A stretch of DNA of 63,815 nt, the filler included, from Octopus bimaculoides (taxonomy: Eukaryota), in the NCBI RefSeq assembly GCF_001194135.2. It is 7 parts of 5 records of this genome, joined end to end, with 100 filler letters (N's around TTAATTAATTAA, not from the genome) between each part and the next. Parts side by side here need not be neighbours in the genome. Positions count along the whole stretch, not along the records: positions 51,189 to 63,815 come from NC_068999.1; 6 more parts are not named here. One strand, given 5' to 3'. The notes under the pieces are model-generated. The model was not told where the DNA came from. It did not search any database and worked only from the letters and a program-made list of their open reading frames with translations. Shown in pieces: positions 51,222 to 63,815 of this stretch. The stretch's first letter is position 1, and every line of letters starts with the position of its first letter. The translations under genes were made by a program, and so were the position numbers.

Positions 51222-52100
51222 CTGAGAGAGAGAGGGGGGGTTGAGTGATTGAATCCTTCTACAATCACTTCATTAAGCTTTTTCAAAATGATTTCTGATT
51301 TGTTTTTTACTGTAAAATGTTTCTATTCTACTCTTGACATCTCTCTAGTTACCATACTATCGTATACATACAACACCATTTCTACCACAGTACAAAACAT
51401 TGCTACTGCTACTACTACTACTACTACTACACTATTACAGTACTGAACAGCTCACAGTAATACTTGTACTCCTCGCCACAGTAAACTCCAAACTCTTCTT
51501 ACTCTCTTACATCGCACCACCATTTCTTCATTTTCTCATTGTATTTCTAGAAAATCTCAGTTTTAGAATCGGAAACGTTGTGTCACCTGTCTTTTCTACG
51601 TTACAAACTGTCCAGTGAACCGACTGAGTGTGTCTCTGTGTAACACCGGGTTGTGTTTACAATACGACCTGTGTAAATTAACGCGTTTATCATGTGTGTG
51701 TTTTCAACCCTAATTGATTTGTTTCATTACATCATTTTAATGTGTGTAACACATTTTCAGATATCTCTATCTGGTTTAACTGAAACAACCAACTAAGTTT
51801 GGTTTCTTCACAGTGAATGGCTGTCCCCCCTCAGAGGTACTGTATGGCTGTCTTAACTGTTGTTTCAACTTTGTTTTTCTAGCTGTCGTTTCTTGATTTG
51901 GCAACAGTTGTTTTGATAGCTCTCTACTTATTACTCAAAATCTTTCTTCTCCGCTCTGCTCTGCTCTCTGTGTTTTCCCACTCAACATGGTAATTGGTCA
52001 ATATCAGACAACGAAGCACAACATGGCTGCCTTGCCTTTTATTCTGGACAGCAAGACTGTTTTCCAAATTTTGGTCTAATAGCACCTCTTCTGAATAATA

Positions 52101-52165
<65 letters not shown>

Positions 52166-55040
52166 TGTATTCGTTGTTGTACTTTAGAAGAGTTATATTA
52201 TCAGAACTGTTTATTCTTGAGCTGTCTGCATTTGTTGACAATATCAGTTTTACTTTGTACATTGATATCTCAGAGATACAGGTGAGGTAGTAACATCAGT
52301 GTCCAGATTGTGAATATAGGACGATGTGACGATGTCCATTTCAATAGTGCCATGTGTCTGTTAAACTTGGTCACAACAACCTTATTTAAAAGATTGCAAC
52401 AATTATGGCAAATAAATAAATATGAATTAATATTCAACTAAATCAAAGCGATAAAATTATTCATATTTTCCTTTTAAATTTAGAAAATTAACGTTTTGAA
52501 GTTCTTCTCCTGTGGCCATTACTGTGTCACGTGTACAAACTATATTTAAATCTAAGAAAATAAATTTGAAAGTGAAATCATTAAATTCTAAATCATGAGG
52601 TGTTGTTCTGCTCGGTGGAGCAACTTGTCTGATATTGGCCTCTCAAATATGATGGAATGGTATTGTTCTGTTCAATATTGTCTGCATTTTTTGCTTGCAA
52701 AATGATTGGCTGGTGTTAAGTTGACTTCTTTGGATTAGTCACATATTTTGTTGTTGTTGTTATTGTTGTTGTTGATGTTTTTTTATCCCCCTACCCCATC
52801 CCCTGTCCACTTTTCCTCCAACTCAAGTTTTACTTGGATGTTCCATTATAAATATTGTGATTCTCTTTGTGTGTATCACCAGTTCTAATTGTAGGTACTT
52901 TATAAGATATACTGCACACACACACACACACACCTCACATTCTATCTTAAAAGTAAAGTTAGTATTTAGACAGGTTTATTATGAGATAAAGAATCCCTCA
53001 TCTTACTTATGACTGAACTTCCAGGACCATACTATTCAATGACAGAACTCCTATGACTGTGTCATGTTGCAGCTGTTTAATAGAACTATGTACTTACTTA
53101 CTGACCTAAGCTTCTACAACTGGCTTAGTCAGTGTGATAAATGACTGGCTTTGTATTATGACAACTGTTATGATTGCCTGATTCAACAACCTAAGTTTCA
53201 TAACTAACTTATACTTCTCTGACTGCCCTATTTCTGTACCTATTATGACTGCCCTGTTTTATGTCTCAGATCATAGCTATGATATGTTGATGCATATTCC
53301 TTAGTCTCATGCACACACACAACTACTTATTCAGATATCTGGGTGTTACCCACAAATCTTTAATTTCCAGATTTATCATTTTACATAAACTTTCCCTGAT
53401 GGAATTCTCGGAAATCACTTCTCTATTTATCACAGAGACTTTGAATAAAATGCAGCAGAATGTCTTGTGTTCTGACTGACATTCAGACCATGGTAGTCCA
53501 ACTGAAACAGTTGTCTTGGTTGTAGAAGACTGATTTAATGACAGTGATATAATTTATATTAATTAATTAATATAGATACCACTAATATTAAATAGTTCTC
53601 ACAATGTCTTCCCCATTTTTGATGGCTATTCCACAGACTTATTAGCACCATATTCTTAGCTGACCATTCTTGGAAAGTCGTCCCCCGTCTCAGATCTAAT
53701 GGTGATTACAAGACTGTTTTGAAAGATATCGAGTTTTCTTCGGTGTTCTTGCTATTCTTCTGCATTTGCCAAACTTTCATTGGACACAAAATTTTCAATG
53801 CTACAACACATACAAACTCTTGTATAGTTTGAAGAATTTTAAAATAGCTTTGCTTGCTGGAGGCGTCACAAACTTACTGCATGACTTTGCATTAATTAGT
53901 CTTTGTTAATTTGGTTCTTTCTCCGATATCTAATTGCATCAAAGTTTATGATGATATTATTCTCCGTAGCCTTTTTTGCACGTTTGTTGTTCGACTTGAC
54001 CATGTCCCAGGTCTTATCGTTGCATCATTCAATCCGACATAATGTGGTAGTTATACTAACACCTGAAGTAGTTACGTTGTTGTTGTGTTGTTGGTAAGCT
54101 GTTGCATGCTAGTTAACTGACAACGACTGATAAAGTGTAAATTATTTGTGATGAAGTGTGTGTGGAAGGAAAAGGATTGAATTAATCTTTTATTAATTTG
54201 TGTAACATTTTAATACTTTAATTAGACTGTTTTATAATTAAACACAATTTCTTGAGAATGTTAATTAGTTTCCATGAAGGATTTGTAGATAAGGATTACA
54301 ATAATTTATATATTGTTTGTTAATAATCTAGATTAGGTGGTATCTTGTAGATAATTCTAATTATTAATTATATATTAGCTTGGATATTAATTAGTGAGAA
54401 TTTGGATTATATATTTCTTAGAAATTCTTCAAGAAATTCTTGTCAGTTCTTGAAATGATCATTATCACTTTATCATTCTTCATATTCTTTCTCAAAACTT
54501 CATTATTTCATCAAAACACAATGAAATGGCCAACTCATTACAGTGCTTTGAGCTCAGCGCTCATCTTTGCCTTTGATCAGAGGTTAAAGTATAGGCAGAA
54601 GATTGATGTAACTGTTGGAGAGTTGGATGTGATGTGTTGCTGTACCAGTTCTAACTCTGTACATTCTGAGCTGATATTCTTCCTCTGGTCACTTGGGCAG
54701 TGGATGGGTGAGGAACCAACTGACAGCATCAGCAATTAAAACCAAAACCAACCAATGGAAAATTTGTGACCTGATGATGATAGCATTAACTTGGATGAGA
54801 TTTCTCAGAGACACCTAATACTCACCTTAGAATATTTGATAAATCTGAAGGGTTGACCCCTTTTTTCTAATAGAAACCACCTCAAGAAACCTCATTTCAG
54901 AGATGTCACTCACGAAAACTCCTTTCAAAGGAATCCTTTTGAAACACAACCAGTCAAGGGAACCTTTGAAGATTCTTCACTTTGCTGTTTCCAGTTGACA
55001 CAGAATCCTTAAATCTGTTTGTCTTGGAACCATTATTGTT

Positions 55041-55339
55041 GAATGGACTCTCCCGTCGTTAGATGACGTATGAGGGTCTGACAATTTCTTACTGAACAAC
55101 CACACAGATGATTTGTTTATAGTGATCAAATGTTTGTGTAGACATAAGCTCACTCCCTCCATCAAATCGACATTACCTGTACAGGTGCAACAGGTGCCAC
55201 ATGTCAGATGTCGAAATGACCACAGAGCAATGTGAAATGAAGTGTTTTGCTCAAGAACACAATGCAACGCCTGGTCTGGGAATTGAACCCACGATCTCAC
55301 AATTGTGAGTGCAACACCCTAACCACTAAGCCATGTGCC
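55041..55339 (-). mobile_element. SINE family C, near full length
   Basis: Reverse complement ggcacatggcttagtggttagggtg...gggttcaattcccag (A/B boxes) then gtgttcttgagcaaaacacttcatttcac. Confidence 0.85.
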
Positions 55340-58300
55340 ATATGGATGGATGTTTAAATCCTGTTGAGATTAATGTATATCAACCATATTGGAGATTAGA
55401 GGAAATGTGGCTGGTCAGGTCAATATATTTGAGTATTGACCATTGACCTTTTGATCATTGCCTAATAATCTTCAGCAAGAAGTCCGACTCCACTTGCTCT
55501 ATCCCAAGGATGCCTTCTCTATGAAAAACCATTCAAGTGATGTCTTTGTTGAGTGGAAACTGGAAGGAAGGGAATGTCCAGATGTCACAAATAAAACCTC
55601 TACTATTATTGCTGCAGTATGGCCAATAAGTCAGCAGCTTTGAATTGTGGGACAGCAATGCTGTGGATCCTTTGGACATTGTCTAAATAGACAGACCTCT
55701 CTGCCTGATAAATATTAGGCATAACTGGACACTTACAGACTTTGGCCATGTTTTCCATAAACCATTCAACCGTGTCTCGGGAACCATCATGTTTGGTGGA
55801 ATCACAGGTGTCTGTGAGGGGGGAACATGTCTCGGCAGAGGGCTTCCCTTGTTGATGGTAACACCACTTGCTCATAAGTGACCGTCATGGGCAGAGCTTG
55901 TTAGGAGAGTCACCTGATGACACAAGGGAAAGCAAGGGGTTGATGAGAGGGTGGTGGGGAGTCAAAAAAATGTATCCATGGTAATGTAGCAAGACGAGTT
56001 TAATAAATCTATTAATGTTGTATGGTGTTGTTGTTGATGTTGTTCTAAATGTTATTTGTGTCTGTGATGCTGGGAGCTGCCTCACTTTTAGCAGGCAGTT
56101 ACCATCTTCAGCAGATGGAGCCAGATTGAAAGATAGTCTTTTTCTAGTCCTAGAGACAAGTTAATTATACCTTCATATTTCAGGCTTTCATCATCATCAT
56201 CATCATAGTCATCATCATCAAACAATATTCTCCTCCTCCTCCTCATCATCATTTAACAGTGCAATCAAATATTTTCCTCTTACTCTTCCTCCTCCTTCTC
56301 ATCATCATCATCATCATCGTCATTGTCATCCTCTCCTTGTTTTCTTGCATCTGATGTAACTACATCTCACCCTCACCCGTTACACCCTCTGTCCAGCCAT
56401 GGACTCTTGGTTCAAATCTACCCTTATTTCTCACCCTTAACTAACTCCCTTGAACTGAAGATCCAAGAAAATGGATCAGCCCTCAACTAAATATCTCTAT
56501 ACGACTGTTACCCCCACCTCCTCACTAAAGGACTACTCCCCCTCTTTCCCTTGAAACACACCCTACTCTATTGTCTTCCCCCCCACCTCTTATATAGAGG
56601 ACTTTGCTGTTTCTCTCCCCCACCATCTCTCTTGTATAGAATTCTCGTCTTGTGAGATTCATACCAGTTTCTGGGCCATGTTGTTTCTCTGGGTGGCAGG
56701 CACAGAAGCCAGAATCTTCCAAGAATTGTCGTTGCTCTGGAATATGGATGACTGTGTTGGTTGTGGTGGGCGAGGGACCGGAGGGGAAGTTGTGGGAGAA
56801 GGAGGATTGCATTACAGTGTTTGATGATGATGATGGTGGTGGTGGTGGTGATTGGTTAGTGAGGGGTAAAAGGAGTGGGTGAGTTTGTGGGTTAAAAAAA
56901 AATCTTCTGCAAAATAGCCCCAGCTGATGATGGGCTTGGATGTTGAGGCCTGTGTGAGTGATGGGAGGTGATAGCTTAAGTTGAGTGAAAGAACGGTCCA
57001 AGGTGAACTTGACCACTGAGAAAATGGTTAAAGGCAATCCAAAGAAATGTGTGAAATGTTTTGCAAATATTTCCCCTTTCTATGAAATATTAAGGTTTGT
57101 CATAGAAGACAACTCAAGACTTCCTCACATGAAACAGATTTGGCCGGTTGAGTGTTCACTCAACACTCAAGTGTAGGACCACAGTATTGGATTTTGAAGT
57201 TAACATCTGTCGGTAATTAAAAAGGGCCCTCAGCCTTTTATTTACCAATTTAATTGGATGAAAGAGACCCTATAACATCAGACTTAGAATCTTCCCCTGC
57301 AGAAGTCATCCCTTCACAATCTCCAATTCTAGGGTCCACTTCCAAAATAGCATTATTAACAGCCATATCAAGTGTTCCTGTGATGTTGCTAGTTAGAACA
57401 CTGTAGTCATCAGTTATCGACCTGGGGTTCACACTCACACAACAGAATCAGGGGGGATGGGGGTAATGTCTTTACTAATAATTACAAGATGGCTGCTGCT
57501 GCTGCTGCTGTTGTCCCCTGGTGCAGTTGTGTTTTGTGGTTATCTGCCCTTGTTTTATTTGCATGGTCCATTGCATCTCCCAATGCTTGCTTATTGAGCT
57601 TCGTATTTCCTCTTCAATGTTTTCTTTTATTTTGCCAGGTTCTGCATGATTTACCATTTCCTCAAGTTCTGCATGATTTACCATTCTTTAATTAATGCGA
57701 TTTGTGTCTCAGTTGATTTGTTTTTATATACTTTTGTTTTTGTATTTGTTTTGGTTTCTGACGAATAATGTAGAATTATCTTCAGTTCTGTTCCAAGACT
57801 CTCAGACGTCTCAAAGATTGAATATTTCTCATAGATTGGTAACGCAACACTTTTAAAGCCTCTATTTGGTTTCTTGGCCTGCTAGATACAGCAGTCTAAT
57901 TTGTATTATATCTCACAAAAGGGAAGGACACATTGATATACTTTTTGAAAAAGTGAGATGGGATTGTCATGGTTGGAATGCCTTTGATCAAAGGTCTATG
58001 GAATCAGGGCTAAGCTGAGGTTGAACCAAAGGTAGGTTTTAATGGTTGATAACACCCCAACCCCAAAGTCTGTGTTTGAGTTTTACTTCTGTCACTAATT
58101 ACTTTCAGAAAGGCATGACCATCACAACTTTCCATTCCAAAGAATCTGAAATGCCATACCTCTATGAGAGTTCTTTCTTTGATTCCTCACAAATATTGTT
58201 GGGTCAATTTACTTGTGACCTTTAAAACTGCCTAATTTGACCTTTCCCTTGCCTTGGTTCCTCAACTGATTGATGGCGCCACAAGGAGCATAACCTGGGT

Positions 58301-59287
58301 ATCTTTGGACCTGGTGGAGCTCATTCCTCTACAGGTGACGAGGATTTCTTTGAGGAAAGAGAGTGACAAACAGAAAGCAAAAGAAAGAGTAAAAACGGAC
58401 CCCAGTCCAGCAGTGGTGCTTTCTTTATCGACTCTTGAAAGCAAAGTTGACTTTGGCAGGATTTGAACTTTTTATGCAGAGATCAGTCTCTCTGTTGTCC
58501 TGACAACTCTTCCAATTGACTTTCAAGAAACCCCACCACCTCACATACTCTCCCCTTGCTTCTGTACCTTGTTGTGTTGACAGTTCCTGATCCTTTCCAG
58601 AATATTCTTGCTATGAACAACTGCACCAAGGGGCCACAAGTGTCTCCACCTGCCGAGTGTGATGTCAGAAATAGCTTATCACAAATGTTCTTCTCGAGTA
58701 AGAACTTTCAAATCATATTCTGTTTGCTTCTCATGGTTAATTAAGCCATTTGTTAATTGGAAGAATTGCTTGACATCTTGTCAACCATGTCACATTGTCA
58801 CAGCTGATCAGTTTTTAATTAAACCAAATTGCCACATACAATATTTAATGATTTAAATCATAATATTAGCAATTGATCTTATAAACCAATAATCCATTAT
58901 ATCGTTAGTCTGCATTGTTGCTCCACTGGGGCTGGGGTGGGGGGTGCAGTGTATTGTGTTTACAGTTTGATGTTCTGTCATAAACCCCAGAGAAACAAGT
59001 TGGGAATGGAATTTGTTGTTAGACAGAGTTCCTGGTCTTAGCCAGGAGAACCATAATAAATATAGCAACAGCTAAGCAAAGGTTTGAACTTCTGACCATT
59101 TGGTTAGCAGGGTGGTACCTTATTCCAATTGTCGTTATGTAAATACTTTACATTGTAGATTATTTCCTGTGGGTAAGAGAGCAATGAACAAGTTTTTGTA
59201 TTGATAACGAATTATTGTAAATGTTTGTGTATACCTTGTTACTATAGCAACAGTTATTCACGTTTTGGTCTCTTGTTTTCTCTGTAG

Positions 59288-59419
59288 CATTTCCTCTCCG
59301 GCCGATACAGCATTGGTAGCCTCCCGGGCCGACATTCGGCATCCATCATTAGTCTTCTCAATTCCACATCTGGAGCAAGTACTGTATGACATGAAAGCCA
59401 TCAGAAAGCAGCAGATATG
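59288..59419 (+). CDS. Putative internal coding exon of an unidentified host gene (132 bp, phase 2-2)
   Basis: Acceptor ttttggtctcttgttttctctgtAG; donor ATATG|GTAATC; stop-free frame ISSPADTALVASRADIRHPSLVFSIPHLEQVLYDMKAIRKQQI; local CpG retention; no repeat character. Confidence 0.6.
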
Positions 59420-61214
59420 GTAATCAAGAGGATTATGATGACGATGATGATAATTGGTGGTGGTGGTGGTGGTGGTGGTGGTGAAGGTGGTGATGGTGGT
59501 GAAGGTGGTAGATTCACCAACGACTTCCAGTCAGTCCATTTCTGCATTCAATTATTTTTTACACAGAACGTCGTTAACTGCTGTGATAGTTTAAACCACA
59601 CTTGGACATTTCTGCGTCTGTCCTTCATCAACTGCAAGTTTTACTGACCACAACACTTCTTTCCTCCTGTTGCAGTTTTAAAGAATCATTTTTTAAAAAT
59701 CTTTTCTTTTTTTTTAAATATATGGACAACAACAAACAAATGGTCAATTGTCCTGTAGAATTGATCTCTAAACTGTTCTCTATCATTTCTGTGATATGAC
59801 CCATGCTCTTCTCCTGGACAGCCACTGCTTTGCTGACCAAACAACAGACCATCACTGACTTAACAACATTCTTTAGATCATCATTAACTAACAACACATA
59901 ACAACGCTGACTGATCTAAAGACCTAACAACACCCACGGACACCTTTGAATTTGTATTTTACCCACAACTAAAACCCCAAACCACCCCCAAAACCATTTA
60001 GAGATGAACTCTGTACCCTTTTACTCATGCCCATGTATATTGCAGTGTTGTACATCTGGGGTACAATGTGTACAGAAGTGTTGCACTGCTGTGGTACTCT
60101 GCTTACCAAACTGTTGTACTCTTAAGAGTACACTGCTTACAGGATAGCTTCTCTTTTGGACTACTCTGCTTCCAGTAGTATTTCACATCTGTGGTACATT
60201 AATTACAACATCACTGCACCTCCCAGGGTACTCCACGACATTTCTTTTGATGTATATAACTTGTGTGGTACTCCAGACTTGGGTTTCTTTACCTGTCAGT
60301 GTAGTAATACAACCTGTAGTAGATAGGGTACCTGTGATCTGTTACACACCTGTTCTACTATTTCTAAACTAAATACCCGGCATAGAACTGCTGGACTTGT
60401 AGTGATGTACCCCAACTGCAAGCTGTACTTGTCTATGTACCCCATCTGACAAATAAATGTACATATCTGTGCTACCCATGAGAAAACATTGACTATGAAG
60501 AGGTACCACCGATTTGTGTACCCAAAATGAATGAGGTACAGCTGTGTACCTTAACTAACATAAAGTTATTTAATGAAACAATATATATATAATAATTAAT
60601 AATAATGATAATTGCAATAAATGCTTTAGTGTTTTTAATTGCCCCTCCCCCATCTCATACAGTTGATCTTTTTCATAAAATTTTGTTTTAAAATTTGTTT
60701 TTCTTTGTGTTTATTTGAAATGTTGTTGTTGTTGTTGTCAATTACTGAAATACTTTTGTTTTTTAAGCAATAATTCTAAAAAAAATTGTGTCACCCCAAT
60801 TTCTGGAGTTGACAAGCATAAAAAAAAATCCACACAGAAGTCTAACATTCTGTGCTGGAGTGATGTGGAGAGAAAAGTTCTAGCCGTTCAAGGATAGGCT
60901 GCTAGTCTGTCACAGGGTGTGTTTCCCCACAGAAAGAAAACTTGATCACAACACTACAATGTAAGGAATCATTTATGGATCCCACTTTGTTGCTGTGGCT
61001 TTGTTAGTTCAGAAATTGGCACCACCTTAGGGTGGGGCTTCTTGGAAAATGGATTGGCCATCTACTTAAAATGGTTACATTAATAGGACATGAGCTGTCA
61101 AATTCTTGATCGAAATGCATAACTTGACAAAATATTATCACCGCCCCCCTTATGCTCACACACTAAAGACATGCTTAAACCTCTTCAAATTTATGTTTCC
61201 CACCTGGACATTCC

Positions 61215-61550
61215 AAGTTCATTTTCACCTTATATATCAAATCACTCTTCACAGTCATCACCCCCCNNNNNNNNNNNNNNNNNNNNNNNNNNNNNNNNNN
61301 NNNNNNNNNNNNNNNNNNNNNNNNNNNNNNNNNNNNNNNNNNNNNCTATTCTCAGCACTAGCATACTCTTCCATTTAGCTGAGCTCATTTTTACCCTCTA
61401 TTACTTTCCTTTCTCTGGAGAATTTCCCAGAAAAGTCATTGGAATCACTATGGGAACCAAGATGGGGTCTCATTTATGCAAACTTTTTTGTAGGCCCTAT
61501 TACTGAAGAGCATATCCGTGTCCACTTCACTGGACTCATTTCCAAGATGT
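61215..61550 (+). pseudogene. Penelope-like element reverse transcriptase fossil, split by a gap
   Basis: FIFTLYIKSLFTVI then LAELIFTLYYFPFSGEFPRKVIGITMGTKMGSH, resembling the PLE motifs F(T/S)MDIxSLYT and QxxGxAMGxxMGPxxA. Confidence 0.75.
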
Positions 61551-63534
61551 AGGGAGAAACCATCAACCATTTCCTAGAGCCCTGAATCCATCAATTAAGG
61601 TGGAATTGTGTGAAATGCCTGTCGTCTACCAACTTAGTACTTCATCACCATAGAGACATAAAAGCAAGAGTATGTCCTAGAAAAACAAGGGAGACAAATG
61701 TGTTTGCTCCAACAGCAGAGCTACAGCAATCTTGCCTTAGATGTTGTGGAACCACAATGCATTGAGTATGGATATACTTAAACTCATGTATATATCTCAT
61801 TGATACACAAATGTGTATTTGCACTGTGTGTGCATGTATGCACACTTGTGTATATATTTTGTATGTTGATTCTGAGAATTTAAATGTTTTACAAAGCTTC
61901 CCTGTATTTCTCATAGATTGGATTTGGAGAATGTCAGTTTGTTTTCATTCTTGAAAACTGCATTGTATTTCCTGATTGTTTAACCAGATGTCTTTAACCC
62001 AGTACCCCTATATAACAGGCAACACAAATAAGACATCTATAGCACCATACATGTTCTGATTTTCTTCCACAACTTTAGAGGAGACATTACCATCTACTGG
62101 ACTGGTGACACAAATTCTTCTGTAATGCAGTCAGAACCTTCCATGTTTCCAACCAAGTCACCAGGCAGTACGTTTCTTGTGAAGAAAACCCATCAATCAA
62201 AGTAAAAGTGCTTGAAGATTATTACTCACCTTTAATAGACAGTTCTTTTCCTGGATCTGTTCTCACCTGTGGTTGACAATATTTTCACAAATACTTCAAG
62301 ATACTCACCTGTGATAGATGGTCCTTACTTACCCAAATATTTAAATTAACCAAAGCAGTGTTAACCCCAGAGTCCCCTGTGGCATCAGTGAAAATAAAAA
62401 GAATACAAAAGACAGCTCAGTAGAAAAAAAGACCAAGGGCCTGTAATGACCCATGTCCTGTAAAATTTATTTGACAGAAATATTTACAAGAAATGCTATT
62501 TGGTATATGTTGTTGTTGTTGTTTCTTCTCTCTTCATTGAATTACAAAGAATTTTTCTGAATTCCACATCCTATAGTTCTGACTTAACAGCTTTTTTTTT
62601 TAAATTTTTTTTATCCTTGCAGAAATGGTTCTAGTTAAAACTGCAGTAGAGTTGAGGAAAGCATTATCAAAAAAAAAAAAATGGTTAAGCGTTGCAGGGA
62701 GAAGGGGTAGGGGCATCATGTGTTGAAAAGAAAGAGCATTGACTAAATATTAATTAGCCAGTAATATTGCTAATTATCATGAATAGCTGCTGCTAGCTTG
62801 GGTTAGACCTAATTTTCATCATTGGCCTGAAAGATAGTCACCACCCAAAACAATGAGGAATCGATAAAAGAGGTTTACATGTTGGGAGGAAGCTGAACTG
62901 AAGAACTGACGTTATTTCATAGATTAGGAATAGCAGGAGAGACAATATCAGACAGGTTTGACCATTATAAATTCTTGCTTTAAACAAAACAAACACAATA
63001 GATTCAAAGAATGTTGCGAAAGTAAAATAAATCCAAAGAGATTACAGAATTCCTGGCAAAGTTTTAAATCTGTTTAACTTTTAGTTCTATAAAGGATAGA
63101 ATTAATCTGTGTGAAGAATAATTAAAATAAATTTATCACATTTTTTAAACAGATTTATTCCTGAAATGGTTAATTATCAACATGTCCACTGTATTTACAA
63201 AGATAAACTGTAATACCATTCACAAGTTCTAGGATTAGGGTTTACAATTGTCCACCTCTATGTCCCATTCATTAACCTCAACCAAGAAGTTAACAGTTGA
63301 TGGTTTAATTCAAAAAGGAGCCTTTACATATCTTCATAAAATAAAAACCCAAATAATTATCAGATTTATAAACGATTATGTTTGGATAATGATTCAAGAG
63401 ATTAATCAGGCTTCTAAATCGCTTTTACAGATTAATTCTGTCATAAATAGAACCGAACAAAATTTAAATAGTGCATTCTTTACTCTGCAGGCATGTGTGT
63501 GTGTGTGTGTGTTTATATTATATACATGCCGTAA

Positions 63535-63672
63535 GATATATATATATATGTATGTATATGTATATATGTATATGTATATATATATATGTATATATATGTA
63601 TATATATGTATATATATGTATATATATGTATATATATGTATGTATATATATGTATATATATGTATATATATG

Positions 63673-63705
<33 letters not shown>

Positions 63706-63766
63706 GTATATATATGTATATATATGTATATATATGTATATATATGTATATATATGTATATATATG

Positions 63767-63815
<49 letters not shown>
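63535..63815. repeat. (TA)n/(TATG)n compound microsatellite
   Basis: Direct repeats to window end. Confidence 0.95.

Noticed and set aside
54581-54707. Possible + strand exon (cAG ... ATGG|GTGAGG)
   Set aside because: Weak acceptor, unrecognisable peptide and no independent support
62600-62730. Strong acceptor-like tract followed by ATG
   Set aside because: The frame stops after about 33 codons, includes a poly-A run and has no clear donor

Overview
AT-rich, gap-riddled eukaryotic draft-assembly DNA, very dense in microsatellites. The SINE families and repeat landscape look like an octopus (cephalopod) genome; this is an inference, not a database result. Almost every long ORF in the supplied track is a microsatellite or N-gap artefact. 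Supportable content: many tRNA-derived SINEs (one 4-copy head-to-tail array, two inverted head fusions); LINE fossils of the R4/Dong (three copies), CR1-like, RTE and Penelope-like classes; Tc1/mariner fossils (DD37E TRT-like, two DD37D maT, one mariner) and MITEs, including a 441-bp fold-back made of two transposon right ends. One credible host coding exon lies at 59288-59419 (+), in a CpG-poor domain starting near 46.3 kb. The most interesting signal is a set of minimal type-I hammerhead ribozyme motifs found by eye. They are 29783-29822 (+, perfect core, inside a 281-bp inverted-repeat-flanked cassette), 19320-19380 and 19093-19128 (both minus strand, about 190 nt apart), plus two decayed remnants. 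Together with a Penelope-like RT fossil at 61.2-61.5 kb they suggest Penelope/retrozyme-like self-cleaving RNA elements. All structures were paired manually; none is experimentally or computationally verified.
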